NCBI GenBank assembly: GCA_036351555.1
Contig: JAZBPI010000156.1
Location: 695-64,694, forward strand
Length of the DNA: 64,000 nucleotides
Direction of reading: 5' to 3'
From: Pseudomonadales bacterium
Lineage (GTDB): Bacteria > Pseudomonadota > Gammaproteobacteria > Pseudomonadales > Azotimanducaceae
Every line of letters begins with the position of its first letter. Positions within the stretch are counted from its first letter, which is position 1. The translations under genes and the position numbers were made by a program. Of the stretch, positions 1 through 10,640 are shown piece by piece. The notes under the pieces were generated by a model, which made no database searches, had not been told where the DNA came from, and saw nothing but the letters and a program-made list of their open reading frames with translations.

Positions 1-9
1 TGCAGCACC

Positions 10-378
10 GTGAATCCCGTCAGCCTGGGCATGGAGCTCTGGCTCGACGGGGACCTCTGCCGCGGACGTTTCACGCCGCGGGAGGAACACTGCGGGTGGA
101 CCGGCGTGACCCACGGCGGCCTGCTGTTCACGGCCCTCGACGAGGTCATGGCGAACTGGCTCTGGCTGCGCGGCCTCAGCGGTTTCACGGCACGCTGCGA
201 GATGCGTTTTCGGGAGCAGGTGCCGACGGGAACCGCCCTGCTGCTCGAGGCGGAGCGCACGGAGGCGCGGCGGCGCATGATGACGCTCGTGGCGCGGGCA
301 CGGCGCGAGGCAGACGGGGTGGTCGTCGCCGAGTGCGAGGCCCGCTTCATGCTGGCCGAGCGCACGCCCGGACGCTGA
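10..378 (+). CDS. PaaI/hotdog-fold thioesterase (N-terminus may continue upstream of window)
   Basis: Hotdog motif GVTHGGLLFTALDEVM; frame open back to nt 1. Confidence 0.6.
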   Translation: MNPVSLGMELWLDGDLCRGRFTPREEHCGWTGVTHGGLLFTALDEVMANWLWLRGLSGFTARCEMRFREQVPTGTALLLEAERTEARRRMMTLVARARREADGVVVAECEARFMLAERTPGR

Positions 379-390
379 CGGGCGCGTCCC

Positions 391-1245
391 TCAGCGTCCG
401 ATGGCGTTCTCGACGAACCGCGGCAGCGCGAAGGCGCCCTTGTGCACGGCGGGCGTGTAGTAGTGCGTCGCCAGTGAGGCGGCGGCGAAGCGCTGCTCCA
501 GGACCTCGAGGGGCACCTCGCGTCCGCTCCTGTCGTCGGACGCCCAGCCCAGGGTCATGATGCCGCCTGCGTAGGTGGGCACGGCGACGCCGTAGAAGGA
601 CCAGTCCGCGAAGATCTGCTCGAAGGCGCGCGCCGTCTTGCAGACCTCGTCGAGCTGCATGAAGGGAACACCGTTCTGGTTCACCATGATTCCGCCAGGC
701 GCGAGTCTGCGCTGGCAGTCGCGGTAGAAGGCGGACGAGAACAGCACCTCGCCCGGCCCGATCGGATCCGTGGAGTCGATGAGGATCGCATCGAAGGTCG
801 CCGCGGAATCGCGCATGAAGGCCGCGCCGTCCGCGATGACCAGCTCCAGGCGCGGATCGTCGAACGCCCCCCTGGAATGACCCGGGAACCAGCGCCGGGC
901 CAGCTCCACCACCGACGCGTCGATCTCGACCTGCGTGACCAGTTCCACGCGGTCGTGCTTGACCACCTCGCGGAGCAGGCCGCCATCGCCACCACCGATG
1001 ATGAGCACGCGGCGAGCATCGCCGTGCGCCAGCAGCGGCACGTGCGCCATCATCTCGTGATAGTAGAACTCGTCACGTTCCGTGGTCTGTACGACGCCAT
1101 CCAGGGCCATGACGCGTCCGAAGCGGGCGTTCTGGAAGATCAGCAGGTGCTGATGCTCCGTCCGGCTCTCGAAATGGACCTCGTCGATGCTGAAGCGCTG
1201 CCCGTAGGAGTCGTAGAGCGTCTCCACGAACTCACTTCGGGCCAT
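391..1245 (-). CDS. speE: spermidine synthase
   Basis: Start trimmed to MARSEFVETLY (ATG at 1245); motifs LIIGGGDGG and DSTDPIGPG; overlaps speD stop by 14 nt. Confidence 0.9.
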   Translation of the reverse strand: MARSEFVETLYDSYGQRFSIDEVHFESRTEHQHLLIFQNARFGRVMALDGVVQTTERDEFYYHEMMAHVPLLAHGDARRVLIIGGGDGGLLREVVKHDRVELVTQVEIDASVVELARRWFPGHSRGAFDDPRLELVIADGAAFMRDSAATFDAILIDSTDPIGPGEVLFSSAFYRDCQRRLAPGGIMVNQNGVPFMQLDEVCKTARAFEQIFADWSFYGVAVPTYAGGIMTLGWASDDRSGREVPLEVLEQRFAAASLATHYYTPAVHKGAFALPRFVENAIGR

Positions 1246-1717
1246 CGATGACTCCGCGACGGTACTCGCCGATCTCGAGGCGTTCCGGCGCGAAGGCTTC
1301 GCGCAGGGCTTCGGCGCCGAGCTCCGGGCGCGCGTCGCCGCACATGAAGATGTCGAAGGCGGCGAAGCTGCATTCGGGCCAGGTATGCACGGAGATGTGC
1401 GACTCCGCGAGCACGGCCACCCCGGAGATGCCGCCGTTCGGCGTGAAATGGTGCAGATGGATATGGAGGAGGGTCGCCCCCGACGCATCGACGGCGCGGC
1501 GCAGTGCCGACTCCATGAGGGCGAGATCGTCCAGGCGCGAGGCGCCATGGAAGTCGAGGATCAGATGGGTTCCCGCGAAACGAACGCCGTCGCGTTCGAT
1601 GAAGTGATCGAGACGACCGTCTTCGGAGTCGAAGGTTCCGAGGTCGGCACGAGGCCCCGGATCGTGCGGGACGATCATGTCCCGTGCTACCAGTGCAGCG
1701 TCTGCGCCCATGGGCAT
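1232..1717 (-). CDS. speD: S-adenosylmethionine decarboxylase proenzyme (small bacterial class)
   Basis: Self-processing motif AESHISVHTWPE; directly upstream of speE; start at MPMGAD is approximate. Confidence 0.85.
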   Translation of the reverse strand: MPMGADAALVARDMIVPHDPGPRADLGTFDSEDGRLDHFIERDGVRFAGTHLILDFHGASRLDDLALMESALRRAVDASGATLLHIHLHHFTPNGGISGVAVLAESHISVHTWPECSFAAFDIFMCGDARPELGAEALREAFAPERLEIGEYRRGVIDGPK

Positions 1718-2074
1718 ACTCCTATCGCTACGGCTCGCTTTCTGCTTAGCGGCGTCACGCAAGGAGTGCGCCGCATCGTCAGGGGTGCATAAAGCCTCTG
1801 CTGGGTAGTGAAGAGGAGCGCGATTCTACGTGTTCTGTCCTCTGCTGCAATCCCTGCGTCTGCGACGCCGCATGCTCCGCTGCACCGTTCGTCGGCGCTT
1901 CCTCCGCAGCGCCTCGGGGGCAGGGACCCGGGATGAGGACAGGCCGCGGCGCGCCTCCCGCGGGAAGTGAAACAAGGGCTTGCGATCCCTGTCTCTGTTC
2001 GAGCCTCAGCACCGGCGCGGCGCTGCCTCGGCGTGCCCGGGGGGCTGCACGCCCGGATGCGGAGTCACGGGCCT

Positions 2075-2102
2075 TTGACTGGGCAGACCGCCTCGCTAAC
2101 AT
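2075..2102 (+). promoter_or_regulatory. candidate sigma70 promoter for dusB-fis
   Basis: TTGACT (2075-2080), 16-nt spacer, TAACAT (2097-2102). Confidence 0.3.
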
Positions 2103-2265
2103 TGTCGGTCCGCCGGAAGCGGGTCGGTGCCCAGGCGCCGACGATGACAGTCGGGGGCTGTCGCGACCGGGTCGGACCTGATCCGCGTCAATCGTGTCGA
2201 AGAGCTTGGAGGAATCTTCCCGAGTGCCACACTCCGGGAACAGCGGGCGTTTCGCTGCCGATTCA

Positions 2266-3297
2266 ATGCAGGAGCCGCCGGTCCGGATCGGCGAGCTCGT
2301 GCTGCGCAATCGTGTGGCCCTCGCGCCCATGGCGGGCGTGACCGACCTGCCGTTCCGGGAGCTGTGCTGGGAACTCGGTGCCGGGCTCGTGGTGTCGGAG
2401 ATGCTGTCCGCGGATCCATCGCTGCGGCATACCCTGAAGTCCCGGCAGCGGCGGCGCCATGCCGGGGAGGTCACGCCCCGCAGTGTCCAGATCGCCGGCG
2501 CGGATCCGGACTGGCTGGCCGAAGCGGCGCGCTACAACGTCGCCGAGGGTGCCGAGATCATCGACATCAACATGGGGTGCCCGGCGAAGAAGGTCTGCAA
2601 CAGAGCCGCCGGTTCTGCGCTCCTTCGCGATGAAGCGCTCGTCGCGGCGATCCTGCGCAGGGTGGTCGCGGCCGTACCCGTGCCCGTCACGCTGAAGATC
2701 CGCACCGGCTGGTCCCCGGCCATGCGCAATGGGGTGACCATTGCCCGGATCGCCGAGGATGCCGGCATCGCGGCGCTCGCGGTGCACGGCCGGACCCGGG
2801 CCGACCGCTTCGGGGGCCACGCGGAGTACGGGACCATCGCGCGCATCGTGGACGCCGTGGATCTGCCGGTCTTCGCCAACGGTGACATCGATTCACCGGA
2901 ACGTGCGGCGGCGGTGCTGGCGGAAACGGGGGCGGCGGGGGTCATGATCGGTCGTGCGGCCCAGGGTCGTCCGTGGCTGTGCGGACAGATCGCCGCCTTC
3001 GTCGAGCGTGGCGAGCGGATCCCGGATCCCGATGCGGAGCGTCGCGCCGAGCTGCTCGTGCGCCATCTCCGACGGCTGCATGGGTTTCACGGCGAAGGGC
3101 GCGGCGTCCGCATCGCGCGCAAGCACCTGGGCTGGTCCGTGGCCGACCTGGGCGAATGCGGCGAGCGGTTCCGTCGACGCTTCAACACACTGGACGAAGC
3201 CGGTGCGCAGATCGATGCGGTCCGGCGTTTCTTCGACGACGATGGACGCGCCGCGCTCGAGCGGGTCGGTGTGGGGTCCGTCGCGCGGGCGGCCTGA
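2266..3297 (+). CDS. dusB: tRNA-dihydrouridine synthase B
   Basis: Motifs LAPMAGVTDLPFR and NMGCPAKKV; followed by fis as in other gammaproteobacteria; ATG at 2266 chosen over the 2194 ORF start. Confidence 0.9.
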   Translation: MQEPPVRIGELVLRNRVALAPMAGVTDLPFRELCWELGAGLVVSEMLSADPSLRHTLKSRQRRRHAGEVTPRSVQIAGADPDWLAEAARYNVAEGAEIIDINMGCPAKKVCNRAAGSALLRDEALVAAILRRVVAAVPVPVTLKIRTGWSPAMRNGVTIARIAEDAGIAALAVHGRTRADRFGGHAEYGTIARIVDAVDLPVFANGDIDSPERAAAVLAETGAAGVMIGRAAQGRPWLCGQIAAFVERGERIPDPDAERRAELLVRHLRRLHGFHGEGRGVRIARKHLGWSVADLGECGERFRRRFNTLDEAGAQIDAVRRFFDDDGRAALERVGVGSVARAA

Positions 3298-3322
3298 GGG
3301 TCGCAGGACACGGGGAAGGGCT

Positions 3323-3628
3323 TTGAACAAGACGGCTGGGCAGAAGGTGGTCGCGCGCACGGCGACCGTGCATCAGATCGGCAGTGCGCCGACCCAGGAT
3401 GCGGACCCCCTCAAGGTCTGCGTCGAGCGTGCCCTCGAGGCCTACTTCGAGCGCCTCGATGGCGAACCGGCGACCAATCTCTACGGGCTCGTGCTCGAAG
3501 AGGTGGAGCGGCCGCTGCTCGAGACCGTCATGCGTCATGCCTGTGGCAATCAATCGCGGGCCGCCGAGATGCTCGGCGTGAACCGGGGTACGCTGCGCAA
3601 GAAGCTCAAGCAGTACGGCCTGCTCTGA
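3323..3628 (+). CDS. fis: DNA-binding protein Fis
   Basis: C-terminal HTH GNQSRAAEMLGVNRGTLRKKLKQYGLL is near-identical to E. coli Fis. No ATG in range; start is TTG 3323, or GTG 3347/3368. Confidence 0.85.
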   Translation: MNKTAGQKVVARTATVHQIGSAPTQDADPLKVCVERALEAYFERLDGEPATNLYGLVLEEVERPLLETVMRHACGNQSRAAEMLGVNRGTLRKKLKQYGLL

Positions 3629-3661
3629 TCCGTTCCGCGGGCCTTCCCACCTGGAGAGACC

Positions 3662-5269
3662 ATGAATCAGGACGTACGGTCACGGCCGGTCCGCGTTCGT
3701 CGTGCGCTCTTGTCGGTCAGCGACAAGACCGGAATCGAGGATTTCGCCCGTGGCCTGGCGGCGGCCGGCGTGGAACTTCTGTCGACCGGTGGCACCTGTC
3801 GGCGCCTGCGTGAGGCGGGCCTGAACGTCGTGGAAGTGGCCGACTACACCGGCTTTCCGGAGATGATGGCCGGTCGGGTGAAGACGCTGCATCCACGGAT
3901 CCATGGTGGTCTGCTCGGCCGGGAGGACGGACAGGGTGGGGGGGCCGATGCAGAGGCGATGGCGGCGCACGACATTGCGCCCATCGACCTGCTCGCGGTC
4001 AATCTCTATCCCTTCGATGCGACGGTCGCGGACCCGTCCTGCACGCTCGAGGATGCGATCGAGAACATCGACATCGGCGGTCCCGCCATGGTGCGTTCCG
4101 CGGCGAAGAACCACGCGCGCGTCGCGGTGGTGACCGACCCAGCCGACTATCCGGTCGTGCTCGACCAGCTGGCCACCCGCGACGGCTGCACCGATCTGCC
4201 GCTGCGTTTCGAGCTCGCGGCCCGCGCCTTCGCCCACACCGCGGGCTATGACGCAGCGATCGCGAACTGGCTCGGCCGCCGGGACGCCTCGGGCGCGAGT
4301 CGCCCCTTTCCCGACCACCTCCAGCTCAGCTTCGAGCGGGCCGAAACACTGCGCTACGGAGAGAACCCCCATCAGCGCGCCCGGTTCTATCGGGCGCGCG
4401 GTTCCGCCGCGCCCGGGACCCTGGCGGGGGCCCGGCAGCTTCACGGCAAGGCCCTGTCCTACAACAACATCGCGGACACGGATGCCGCGCTCGACTGCGT
4501 CAGGGCCTTCGATGCGCCGGCCTGCGTCATCGTCAAGCACGCCAATCCCTGCGGGGTCGCGGTGGCCGAGGACATCGGCGCCGCCTACGACGCGGCCTTC
4601 CGTACGGATCCCACCTCGGCCTTCGGGGGCATCATCGCCTTCAACCGCACCCTCGATGGCGAGACCGCGGCGCGCATCGTCGCGCAGCAGTTCGTCGAGG
4701 TGATCATCGCCCCCGAGGTCTCGGAGGCGGCCCGGGAGGCCGTGGCGGTCAAGAAGAACGTGCGCCTGCTCGAGTGTGGCCCTCTGACGGCGGCGCCGCC
4801 CGGCGCGATCGCGTTCCGGCAGGTGAGTGGCGGCCTGCTCGTGCAGGATCCGGATCTCGTGGAGCTGTCGGAGGCGGGCACTCGGGTCGTCACACGGCGG
4901 GGGCCCACGGAGGCGGAGGCACGCGATCTGAATTTCGCCTGGATCGTCGCCCACTACGTGAAATCCAACGCCATCGTCTATGCGCGGGACTCCGCGACCG
5001 TCGGGGTCGGCGCGGGGCAGATGAGTCGCGTCTACAGCGCGCGCATCGCCGGGATCAAGGCCGCCGACGAAGGGATCGAGGTGGCGGGCGCAGTCATGGC
5101 GTCCGACGCCTTCTTTCCGTTCCGGGACGGGATCGATGCCGCGGCGCAGGCAGGGATCACGGCGGTGATCCAGCCGGGTGGCAGCGTCCGCGACGACGAG
5201 GTGATCGCCGCAGCGGACGAGGCCGGCATGGCCATGCTGTTCACCGGTATCCGCCACTTCCGTCACTGA
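3662..5269 (+). CDS. purH: bifunctional AICAR transformylase / IMP cyclohydrolase
   Basis: 535 aa; [10 protein letters not shown] and [10 protein letters not shown] motifs; purH-purD pair. Confidence 0.95.
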   Translation: MNQDVRSRPVRVRRALLSVSDKTGIEDFARGLAAAGVELLSTGGTCRRLREAGLNVVEVADYTGFPEMMAGRVKTLHPRIHGGLLGREDGQGGGADAEAMAAHDIAPIDLLAVNLYPFDATVADPSCTLEDAIENIDIGGPAMVRSAAKNHARVAVVTDPADYPVVLDQLATRDGCTDLPLRFELAARAFAHTAGYDAAIANWLGRRDASGASRPFPDHLQLSFERAETLRYGENPHQRARFYRARGSAAPGTLAGARQLHGKALSYNNIADTDAALDCVRAFDAPACVIVKHANPCGVAVAEDIGAAYDAAFRTDPTSAFGGIIAFNRTLDGETAARIVAQQFVEVIIAPEVSEAAREAVAVKKNVRLLECGPLTAAPPGAIAFRQVSGGLLVQDPDLVELSEAGTRVVTRRGPTEAEARDLNFAWIVAHYVKSNAIVYARDSATVGVGAGQMSRVYSARIAGIKAADEGIEVAGAVMASDAFFPFRDGIDAAAQAGITAVIQPGGSVRDDEVIAAADEAGMAMLFTGIRHFRH

Positions 5270-5285
5270 ACGCGAGGCTCGGACC

Positions 5286-6584
5286 ATGAAGGTACTGGTC
5301 GTCGGGAACGGCGGTCGCGAACATGCGCTGGCCTGGAAGGCGGCGTCCTGCAACGGGGTCGAGCGTGTCTTCGTGGCGCCCGGAAACGGGGGCACCGCGA
5401 CGGAGCCGGGGGTCGAGAATCTTCCCGTCGCCGCCACGGACCTCGACGCGCTCCTCGCCTTCGCGACGCGCGAGGGCATCGGCCTCACCCTTGTGGGTCC
5501 CGAGGCACCGCTCGTGGCCGGCATCGTCGATCGCTTCACGGCGGCCGGCCTGCTCTGCTTCGGGCCGACGGCGGCCGCGGCGCAGCTGGAGGGATCCAAG
5601 GCCTTCGCCAAGGCCTTCCTGGCGCGCCATGACATTCCCACGGCCGCGCACAGGACCTTCGAGGCGCTGGCGCCGGCCGAAGCCTGGGTGCGTTCGCGGG
5701 GCGCGCCGATCGTGATCAAGGCCGATGGCCTCGCTGCCGGCAAGGGGGTGGTCGTCGCGCAGTCCGTCGACGAAGCCCTGGCCGCACTCCGGGACATGCT
5801 CGGAGGAGACGCCTTCGGAACCGCGGGGCACCGCGTCGTCGTCGAGGACTTCATGGCGGGCGAGGAGGCCAGCTACATCGTCGTCGCCGATGGCGAGCGT
5901 TACCTGCCCTTCGCGACCTCGCAGGACCACAAGCGGCGCGACGACGGCGACCGGGGGCCGAACACGGGGGGCATGGGTGCCTATTCCCCGGCACCGGTGG
6001 TCACGGCGGAGGTCGATCGCAAGGTACGTGAACGCATCATCGAGCCGACGCTTGCCGCCATGGCGCGGGAAGGGCACCCCTATCGTGGCTTTCTCTACGC
6101 GGGCCTCATGATCGACGCGGCGGGGGACCCGCGTGTCGTCGAATTCAACTGCCGCTTCGGCGATCCGGAGGCGCAGCCGGTGCTGATGCGCCTGCGCTCG
6201 GACCTCGTGGCCCTGTGCGCGCAGGCCGCGCGTGGACAGCTGGAGATGACGCGCCTCGATTTCGATCCCCGGGCAGCCCTCGGGGTGGTGATCGCCGCTG
6301 CGGGCTATCCGGGGCACTACGAGAAGGGCGCCCCGATTTCCGGACTCTCGGCCGTGCCGCCGGACACCAAGGTGTTCCATGCAGGCACGAGGCGTGAACA
6401 GGACCGGATCCTCACCGACGGTGGGCGGGTGCTCTGTGCCGTCGGGCTCGGTGAGGACGTCACCCGGGCGGCGGCGCGCGCCTATACGGCCGTGGACAGG
6501 ATCTCCTGGCCCGGTGCCTTCCATCGTCGCGACATCGGCCATCGGGCCATCGCCCGGGAGGCGGCGTCGCGCCCGTCCCCCTGA
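5286..6584 (+). CDS. purD: phosphoribosylamine-glycine ligase
   Basis: N-terminus KVLVVGNGGREHALAWK; ATP-grasp body; 432 aa. Confidence 0.95.
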   Translation: MKVLVVGNGGREHALAWKAASCNGVERVFVAPGNGGTATEPGVENLPVAATDLDALLAFATREGIGLTLVGPEAPLVAGIVDRFTAAGLLCFGPTAAAAQLEGSKAFAKAFLARHDIPTAAHRTFEALAPAEAWVRSRGAPIVIKADGLAAGKGVVVAQSVDEALAALRDMLGGDAFGTAGHRVVVEDFMAGEEASYIVVADGERYLPFATSQDHKRRDDGDRGPNTGGMGAYSPAPVVTAEVDRKVRERIIEPTLAAMAREGHPYRGFLYAGLMIDAAGDPRVVEFNCRFGDPEAQPVLMRLRSDLVALCAQAARGQLEMTRLDFDPRAALGVVIAAAGYPGHYEKGAPISGLSAVPPDTKVFHAGTRREQDRILTDGGRVLCAVGLGEDVTRAAARAYTAVDRISWPGAFHRRDIGHRAIAREAASRPSP

Positions 6585-6877
6585 CCCGGTCCGGGGGCTG
6601 CCCCGGGGCGCTCGCCCCGACGTCGATCGCCTGTCGCGCAGGACCTCTGGAGGGCGCGAAAGGACGAACGGTCGTGCGGGACCGACCGACGGCCGGTCGG
6701 CCCGGACGGTTCCGGCGGACCCGGGGGCCATGGATAATGATCGGCCGTCCACGTGCAACCTCCGAATGGACGCACCGGGAGCGCGGTTCGGGCGGCAGGT
6801 CATGCGGTTGTACGCCGAGGTCGCGAGGGTTCCAGTCGAGGGTGCGCGGCATCGGCAAGTCCCTGTGGGGTCGGTCG

Positions 6878-7948
6878 ATGGGCAATCAGGTTCGTGAACA
6901 GGCGCTGCTGGGACAGGACGTCCTGCGCCGCTTCGTGCCCTTCGCGTCCCTGTCCGACACCCACGTGCGTGATCTGCTCCGCAAGGGTCGTCTCCTCCAC
7001 GTCGGGCGGGGACGCATTCTCTTCAAGCGCGGCCAGCGGGAGGGCAACCTCCACTTCCTGATTTCGGGGAACGTGGATCTCGCCGATGCCCGCTTCGAGG
7101 TGACGGCGGTCCGGGCCGACAGCGAACGAGCCCAGCTGCCGCTCGACGATGCCTATACGCACCGCGTCACCGCCGTGACCACCTCCCCGGTCACGGTGTT
7201 CGTCATTCCGAAGGACGTGGTCGACCTGGCGCTGACCTGGGACCAGGCGGGCAACTATCTGGTCACGGATCTCGTCGAGGGTGATCGCGGCGATGCGGAG
7301 CAGGACTGGATGTCCGGCCTGCTGGCCTCGGCCCTGTTCACGGCCATTCCGCCGGCGAACATCCAGCGCCTCTTTTCCTGTTTCGAGGCCGTTCACGTGC
7401 GCGCCGGGGATCTCATTCTCGAGCAGGGCGAAGTGGGTGATCACTTCTATGCCATCAAGCGTGGCCGGGCCCGGATCATCCGAACCCTGCAGCGTGCCGG
7501 GCGAAGTATCGAGATGCCTGTCGCCGAGCTCTCGGCGGGTGACGTGTTCGGCGAGGATGCCCTGATCGGGCAGGCGCCGCGCAATGCGTCCGTGCGCATG
7601 GTCACCGATGGCGTGCTCATGCGGCTGGAGCAGTCCCTCTTCGCCGAGCTGCTCGAGGATCGGGTGGTCGTGCATGTGGATGGGGAGGAGCTGGAGCGCC
7701 TCCGGAGCCACGGAGACGTCGAGGTCATCGACGTGCGCACGCCGGGGGAGTTCCGTCGCAGCGCCGTGCCGCAGAGCCGCAACCTTCCCCTGGATCTGCT
7801 CCGCCAGAACCTGTCCCGACTCGAGGAGGGACGGATCTACGTGGTCGTCTGCGATGGCGGTCGCCGCAGTCGCCTGGCCTGCTACCTGCTCATCCAGGCC
7901 GGTTTCGATGCGCGCGTACTCGATGCGCCGGTGCACAAGCCCGTCTGA
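6878..7948 (+). CDS. protein with two cyclic-nucleotide-binding (CAP effector) domains and a C-terminal rhodanese domain
   Basis: Start trimmed to MGNQVRE; FGEDALIGQAPRNASVRM cNMP motif; rhodanese active-site loop VVCDGGRRS. Confidence 0.75.
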   Translation: MGNQVREQALLGQDVLRRFVPFASLSDTHVRDLLRKGRLLHVGRGRILFKRGQREGNLHFLISGNVDLADARFEVTAVRADSERAQLPLDDAYTHRVTAVTTSPVTVFVIPKDVVDLALTWDQAGNYLVTDLVEGDRGDAEQDWMSGLLASALFTAIPPANIQRLFSCFEAVHVRAGDLILEQGEVGDHFYAIKRGRARIIRTLQRAGRSIEMPVAELSAGDVFGEDALIGQAPRNASVRMVTDGVLMRLEQSLFAELLEDRVVVHVDGEELERLRSHGDVEVIDVRTPGEFRRSAVPQSRNLPLDLLRQNLSRLEEGRIYVVVCDGGRRSRLACYLLIQAGFDARVLDAPVHKPV

Positions 7949-7954
7949 GGCGCC

Positions 7955-9454
7955 TCAACCGGCAGGAACCGTGCGCTCGGCCGCCCAGGCCCGCAGCGAG
8001 GCGAAGGCTTCGGCCATGGTCACCGAGAGCGGCACGGTCGCATCGATGCTGGCCTGGACGGCCGCCGTGTCCACGACCCCTTCGGCCGCGGCGGCGCCAT
8101 AGCGTGCCGCCACCACCGCCTGCTCCAGTTCCGCGCCCGTGAAGCCTTCCGTCCGGGCCGCGAGCGTGTCGAGATCGATCTCCTCGGACAGGCAGCCCCG
8201 TCGCGCCAGATGCAGCCGGAGAATGTCGCGGCGTGCCTGCTGGTCCGGCAGGTCGACGAAGAAGATCTCGTCGAAGCGACCCTTGCGCAGCAGTTCCGGG
8301 GCCAGGGCCCGGATGTCGTTCGCCGTGGCGACCACGAAGACCGGATGACGGTTCTCCGCAAGCCAGGTCAGCAGGGTGCCGAGCACCCGCCGGGAGGTGG
8401 CGTTGTCCGCACCCCGGACGTCGATGCCCTTCTCGAGCTCGTCCATCCACAGGACACAGGGCGCCATGCGTTCTGCCTGCTGGAGCGATTCGCGGAGATT
8501 GCGCTCCGTCTCGCCGATGAACTTGTTGTAGAGATTCGCGAAGTCCAGGCGCAGCAGAGGCAGCTTCATCTCGCCGGCGATGCAGCGTGCGGCGAGGGAC
8601 TTGCCGCTGCCCTGGACGCCGAGCAGCAGGATGCCCCGGGGGCGATCCGGATCCGCTGCGGTGGCGTCGGTGTCGGCGCCGCGCAGCGCGTTCCGGCGCC
8701 GTGCGAGCCAGTTCTTGAGGTTGTTCAGTCCTGCGACGGCGCCGAGGTCGGGCACGTCGTACTCGAAGTGGAGCACGCCCTCGGCATCGAGCAGCTCGTA
8801 CTTCAGGCGATTGAGCTCCGGCAGGTCGCTGTCGTTGATGGCGCCGTCCGTGAAGATCGCGTGGCGGATCAGCATGCGAGCGTCGGCCTCGTTCACGCCG
8901 CGAAGATTCGCGATGAGCTTGTCGAGGGTCTGCCGGTCGGTACGCACCCGGGCGCCCCCGTTCCGGCGGGACCATTCCTCGGCCTGTTCCCGGACGATCG
9001 CCATCAGGGTGGCGGCATCCGGCAGCGCCATGCGGAAGCTCGCGGAGAGACGGGACAGCTCCGGGGGGACCTCGATGCGGTGGCTGACGAGGACCAGGGT
9101 GTTGTGCAGGCGCGGATAGTCGAGGGCGATCTCCTTGAGCAGGCGCACCAGCTTCGGTTCGTCCTTGAACCAGGGGTGCAGATCACAGAGCGCGTACACG
9201 GACGGCCCCGGCGTGCGGGCGATCTCCCGAAGCGCCGCCTCCGGCTCCGCGCAGTGCGGCTCCGCGGGCAGGGGGCGCCGCTCCAGGCCGCCACGCTCCA
9301 GCCCCCGGACCGCGGACCATTCGTGACTCGTGAGTCCCTGGCGGATGGCGATCTCGGTGAGCAGCGCCAGCACGCGCCGCTCGTCGTGGCTCTCGATGAC
9401 GATGATCGGTACCTGCGATTCGATCATCAGGGCCAGATCGCCGGCCTGGGTCAT
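7955..9454 (-). CDS. AAA+ ATPase, Ycf46-like (~500 aa, single AAA module)
   Basis: Walker A GVQGSGKS, Walker [10 protein letters not shown]; N-terminal domain with [13 protein letters not shown] resembles Ycf46-type proteins. Confidence 0.75.
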   Translation of the reverse strand: MTQAGDLALMIESQVPIIVIESHDERRVLALLTEIAIRQGLTSHEWSAVRGLERGGLERRPLPAEPHCAEPEAALREIARTPGPSVYALCDLHPWFKDEPKLVRLLKEIALDYPRLHNTLVLVSHRIEVPPELSRLSASFRMALPDAATLMAIVREQAEEWSRRNGGARVRTDRQTLDKLIANLRGVNEADARMLIRHAIFTDGAINDSDLPELNRLKYELLDAEGVLHFEYDVPDLGAVAGLNNLKNWLARRRNALRGADTDATAADPDRPRGILLLGVQGSGKSLAARCIAGEMKLPLLRLDFANLYNKFIGETERNLRESLQQAERMAPCVLWMDELEKGIDVRGADNATSRRVLGTLLTWLAENRHPVFVVATANDIRALAPELLRKGRFDEIFFVDLPDQQARRDILRLHLARRGCLSEEIDLDTLAARTEGFTGAELEQAVVAARYGAAAAEGVVDTAAVQASIDATVPLSVTMAEAFASLRAWAAERTVPAG

Positions 9455-9484
9455 GCCGATCCCTTATCTCTGCGGCTGCTTTCG

Positions 9485-9532
9485 ACTAGAGTGTGGCGGC
9501 CGTCTCCAGGGACGGCCTCCTCGCAGTCTAGT
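9485..9532. repeat. nested inverted repeat in divergent promoter region
   Basis: Outer arms ACTAGA (9485-9490) / TCTAGT (9527-9532); inner arms GGCCGTC (9498-9504) / GACGGCC (9511-9517). Confidence 0.6.
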
Positions 9533-9573
9533 GCGCACGGGCCGTCATGCCGTCGGATCTTCCGGGAGTGCTC

Positions 9574-10206
9574 ATGGAATCCTTCTTCGATCGTCTCGTG
9601 CTCGGTGCGGACCAGTTGCTGCGCACCCTGGCCGGTCCCGCCCAGGCTCACCGTCCGTCCCCGGCGCGTACCCTCCCGCCGGATGCGGCCCTGGAGGACA
9701 CCGAGCGACGCCATGCGGCGGGGCTGATGCGCGTCAACCACACGGGCGAGGTCTGCGCCCAGGCCCTCTATCGCGGCCAGGCACTCACGGCGCGCGATCC
9801 GGCCGTGCGCCGCGCCATGGAGTCCTCCGCACGGGAGGAACAGGATCATCTCGCCTGGTGCGCCGAGCGCCTCGACGAGCTCCATGCGCGGCCGAGCGTC
9901 CTCAACCCGGTCTTCTTCGGCGTCTCCTTCGCCATGGGTGCGCTCACCGGGCTGGCGGGTGATCGGGTCAGCCTGGGGTTCGTCCATGCGACCGAGGATC
10001 GCGTCGTGGCACACCTCGACGAGCATCGGCAGCGGCTGCCGGAAGGCGACTCGAGAAGCCGGGCGATCATCGAGCAGATGCGCGAGGACGAGGCCCGCCA
10101 CGGCGAGACGGCGCTGGCGGTCGGCGGCGTCGAATTCCCGGCCCCGGTGAGAGGGGCCATGGCCGCCCTGTCGAAGGTGATGACCGAGACGGTCTATCGC
10201 ATCTGA
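9574..10206 (+). CDS. coq7: demethoxyubiquinone hydroxylase (di-iron Coq7 family)
   Basis: Di-iron ExxH motifs ([16 protein letters not shown]); [15 protein letters not shown]. Confidence 0.9.
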   Translation: MESFFDRLVLGADQLLRTLAGPAQAHRPSPARTLPPDAALEDTERRHAAGLMRVNHTGEVCAQALYRGQALTARDPAVRRAMESSAREEQDHLAWCAERLDELHARPSVLNPVFFGVSFAMGALTGLAGDRVSLGFVHATEDRVVAHLDEHRQRLPEGDSRSRAIIEQMREDEARHGETALAVGGVEFPAPVRGAMAALSKVMTETVYRI

Positions 10207-10223
10207 AGGCGCCTGCCGACGGC

Positions 10224-10640
10224 TCAGCTGCCGGCCGCACCCCGCGACAGGGGGGGATGGAAGATGAGCTGCACGACGTTCCCTGCCGGATCCTCGCAGT
10301 AGAAGCTGCGCGCGCCGTCCCGATGGGTCCGCGGCGCGGCTCTCATGGTCACGCCCTCGGCGAGCAGGTAGTCGTGCCAGCGATCGACGTCGTCCATGGC
10401 GTCGATGATGAAGCCGATGTGATCGAGGCGCTGCCCCTCCGCAGCCGGCGCCCCGGCCGCCCGGTGCAGGGCGAGATTGTCGTTGCCCGAACACAGGAAG
10501 ACGTTGTCCCCATCCGGTTGCCACTCCACGGCCATGCCCAGCAGGCGCGTGTAGAAGTCGAGGCAGGCTTCGAACTCGTGGACGAAGAGCGCGACGTGGC
10601 GCAGTCCGGCGGTCGGGCGGGGGCGGGTGGGCGTGCTCAT
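10224..10640 (-). CDS. VOC/glyoxalase-bleomycin resistance family protein
   Basis: LRHVALFVHEFEACLDFYTRLLGM; 138 aa; 4-nt overlap with upstream OsmC gene. Confidence 0.75.
   Translation of the reverse strand: MSTPTRPRPTAGLRHVALFVHEFEACLDFYTRLLGMAVEWQPDGDNVFLCSGNDNLALHRAAGAPAAEGQRLDHIGFIIDAMDDVDRWHDYLLAEGVTMRAAPRTHRDGARSFYCEDPAGNVVQLIFHPPLSRGAAGS

Noticed and set aside
3680-5854. 724-aa ORF antisense to purH/purD
   Set aside because: It lies opposite two unmistakable housekeeping genes. The product is low-complexity and Arg/Ala/Gly/Pro-rich, typical of stop-poor antisense frames in high-GC DNA, with no motifs.
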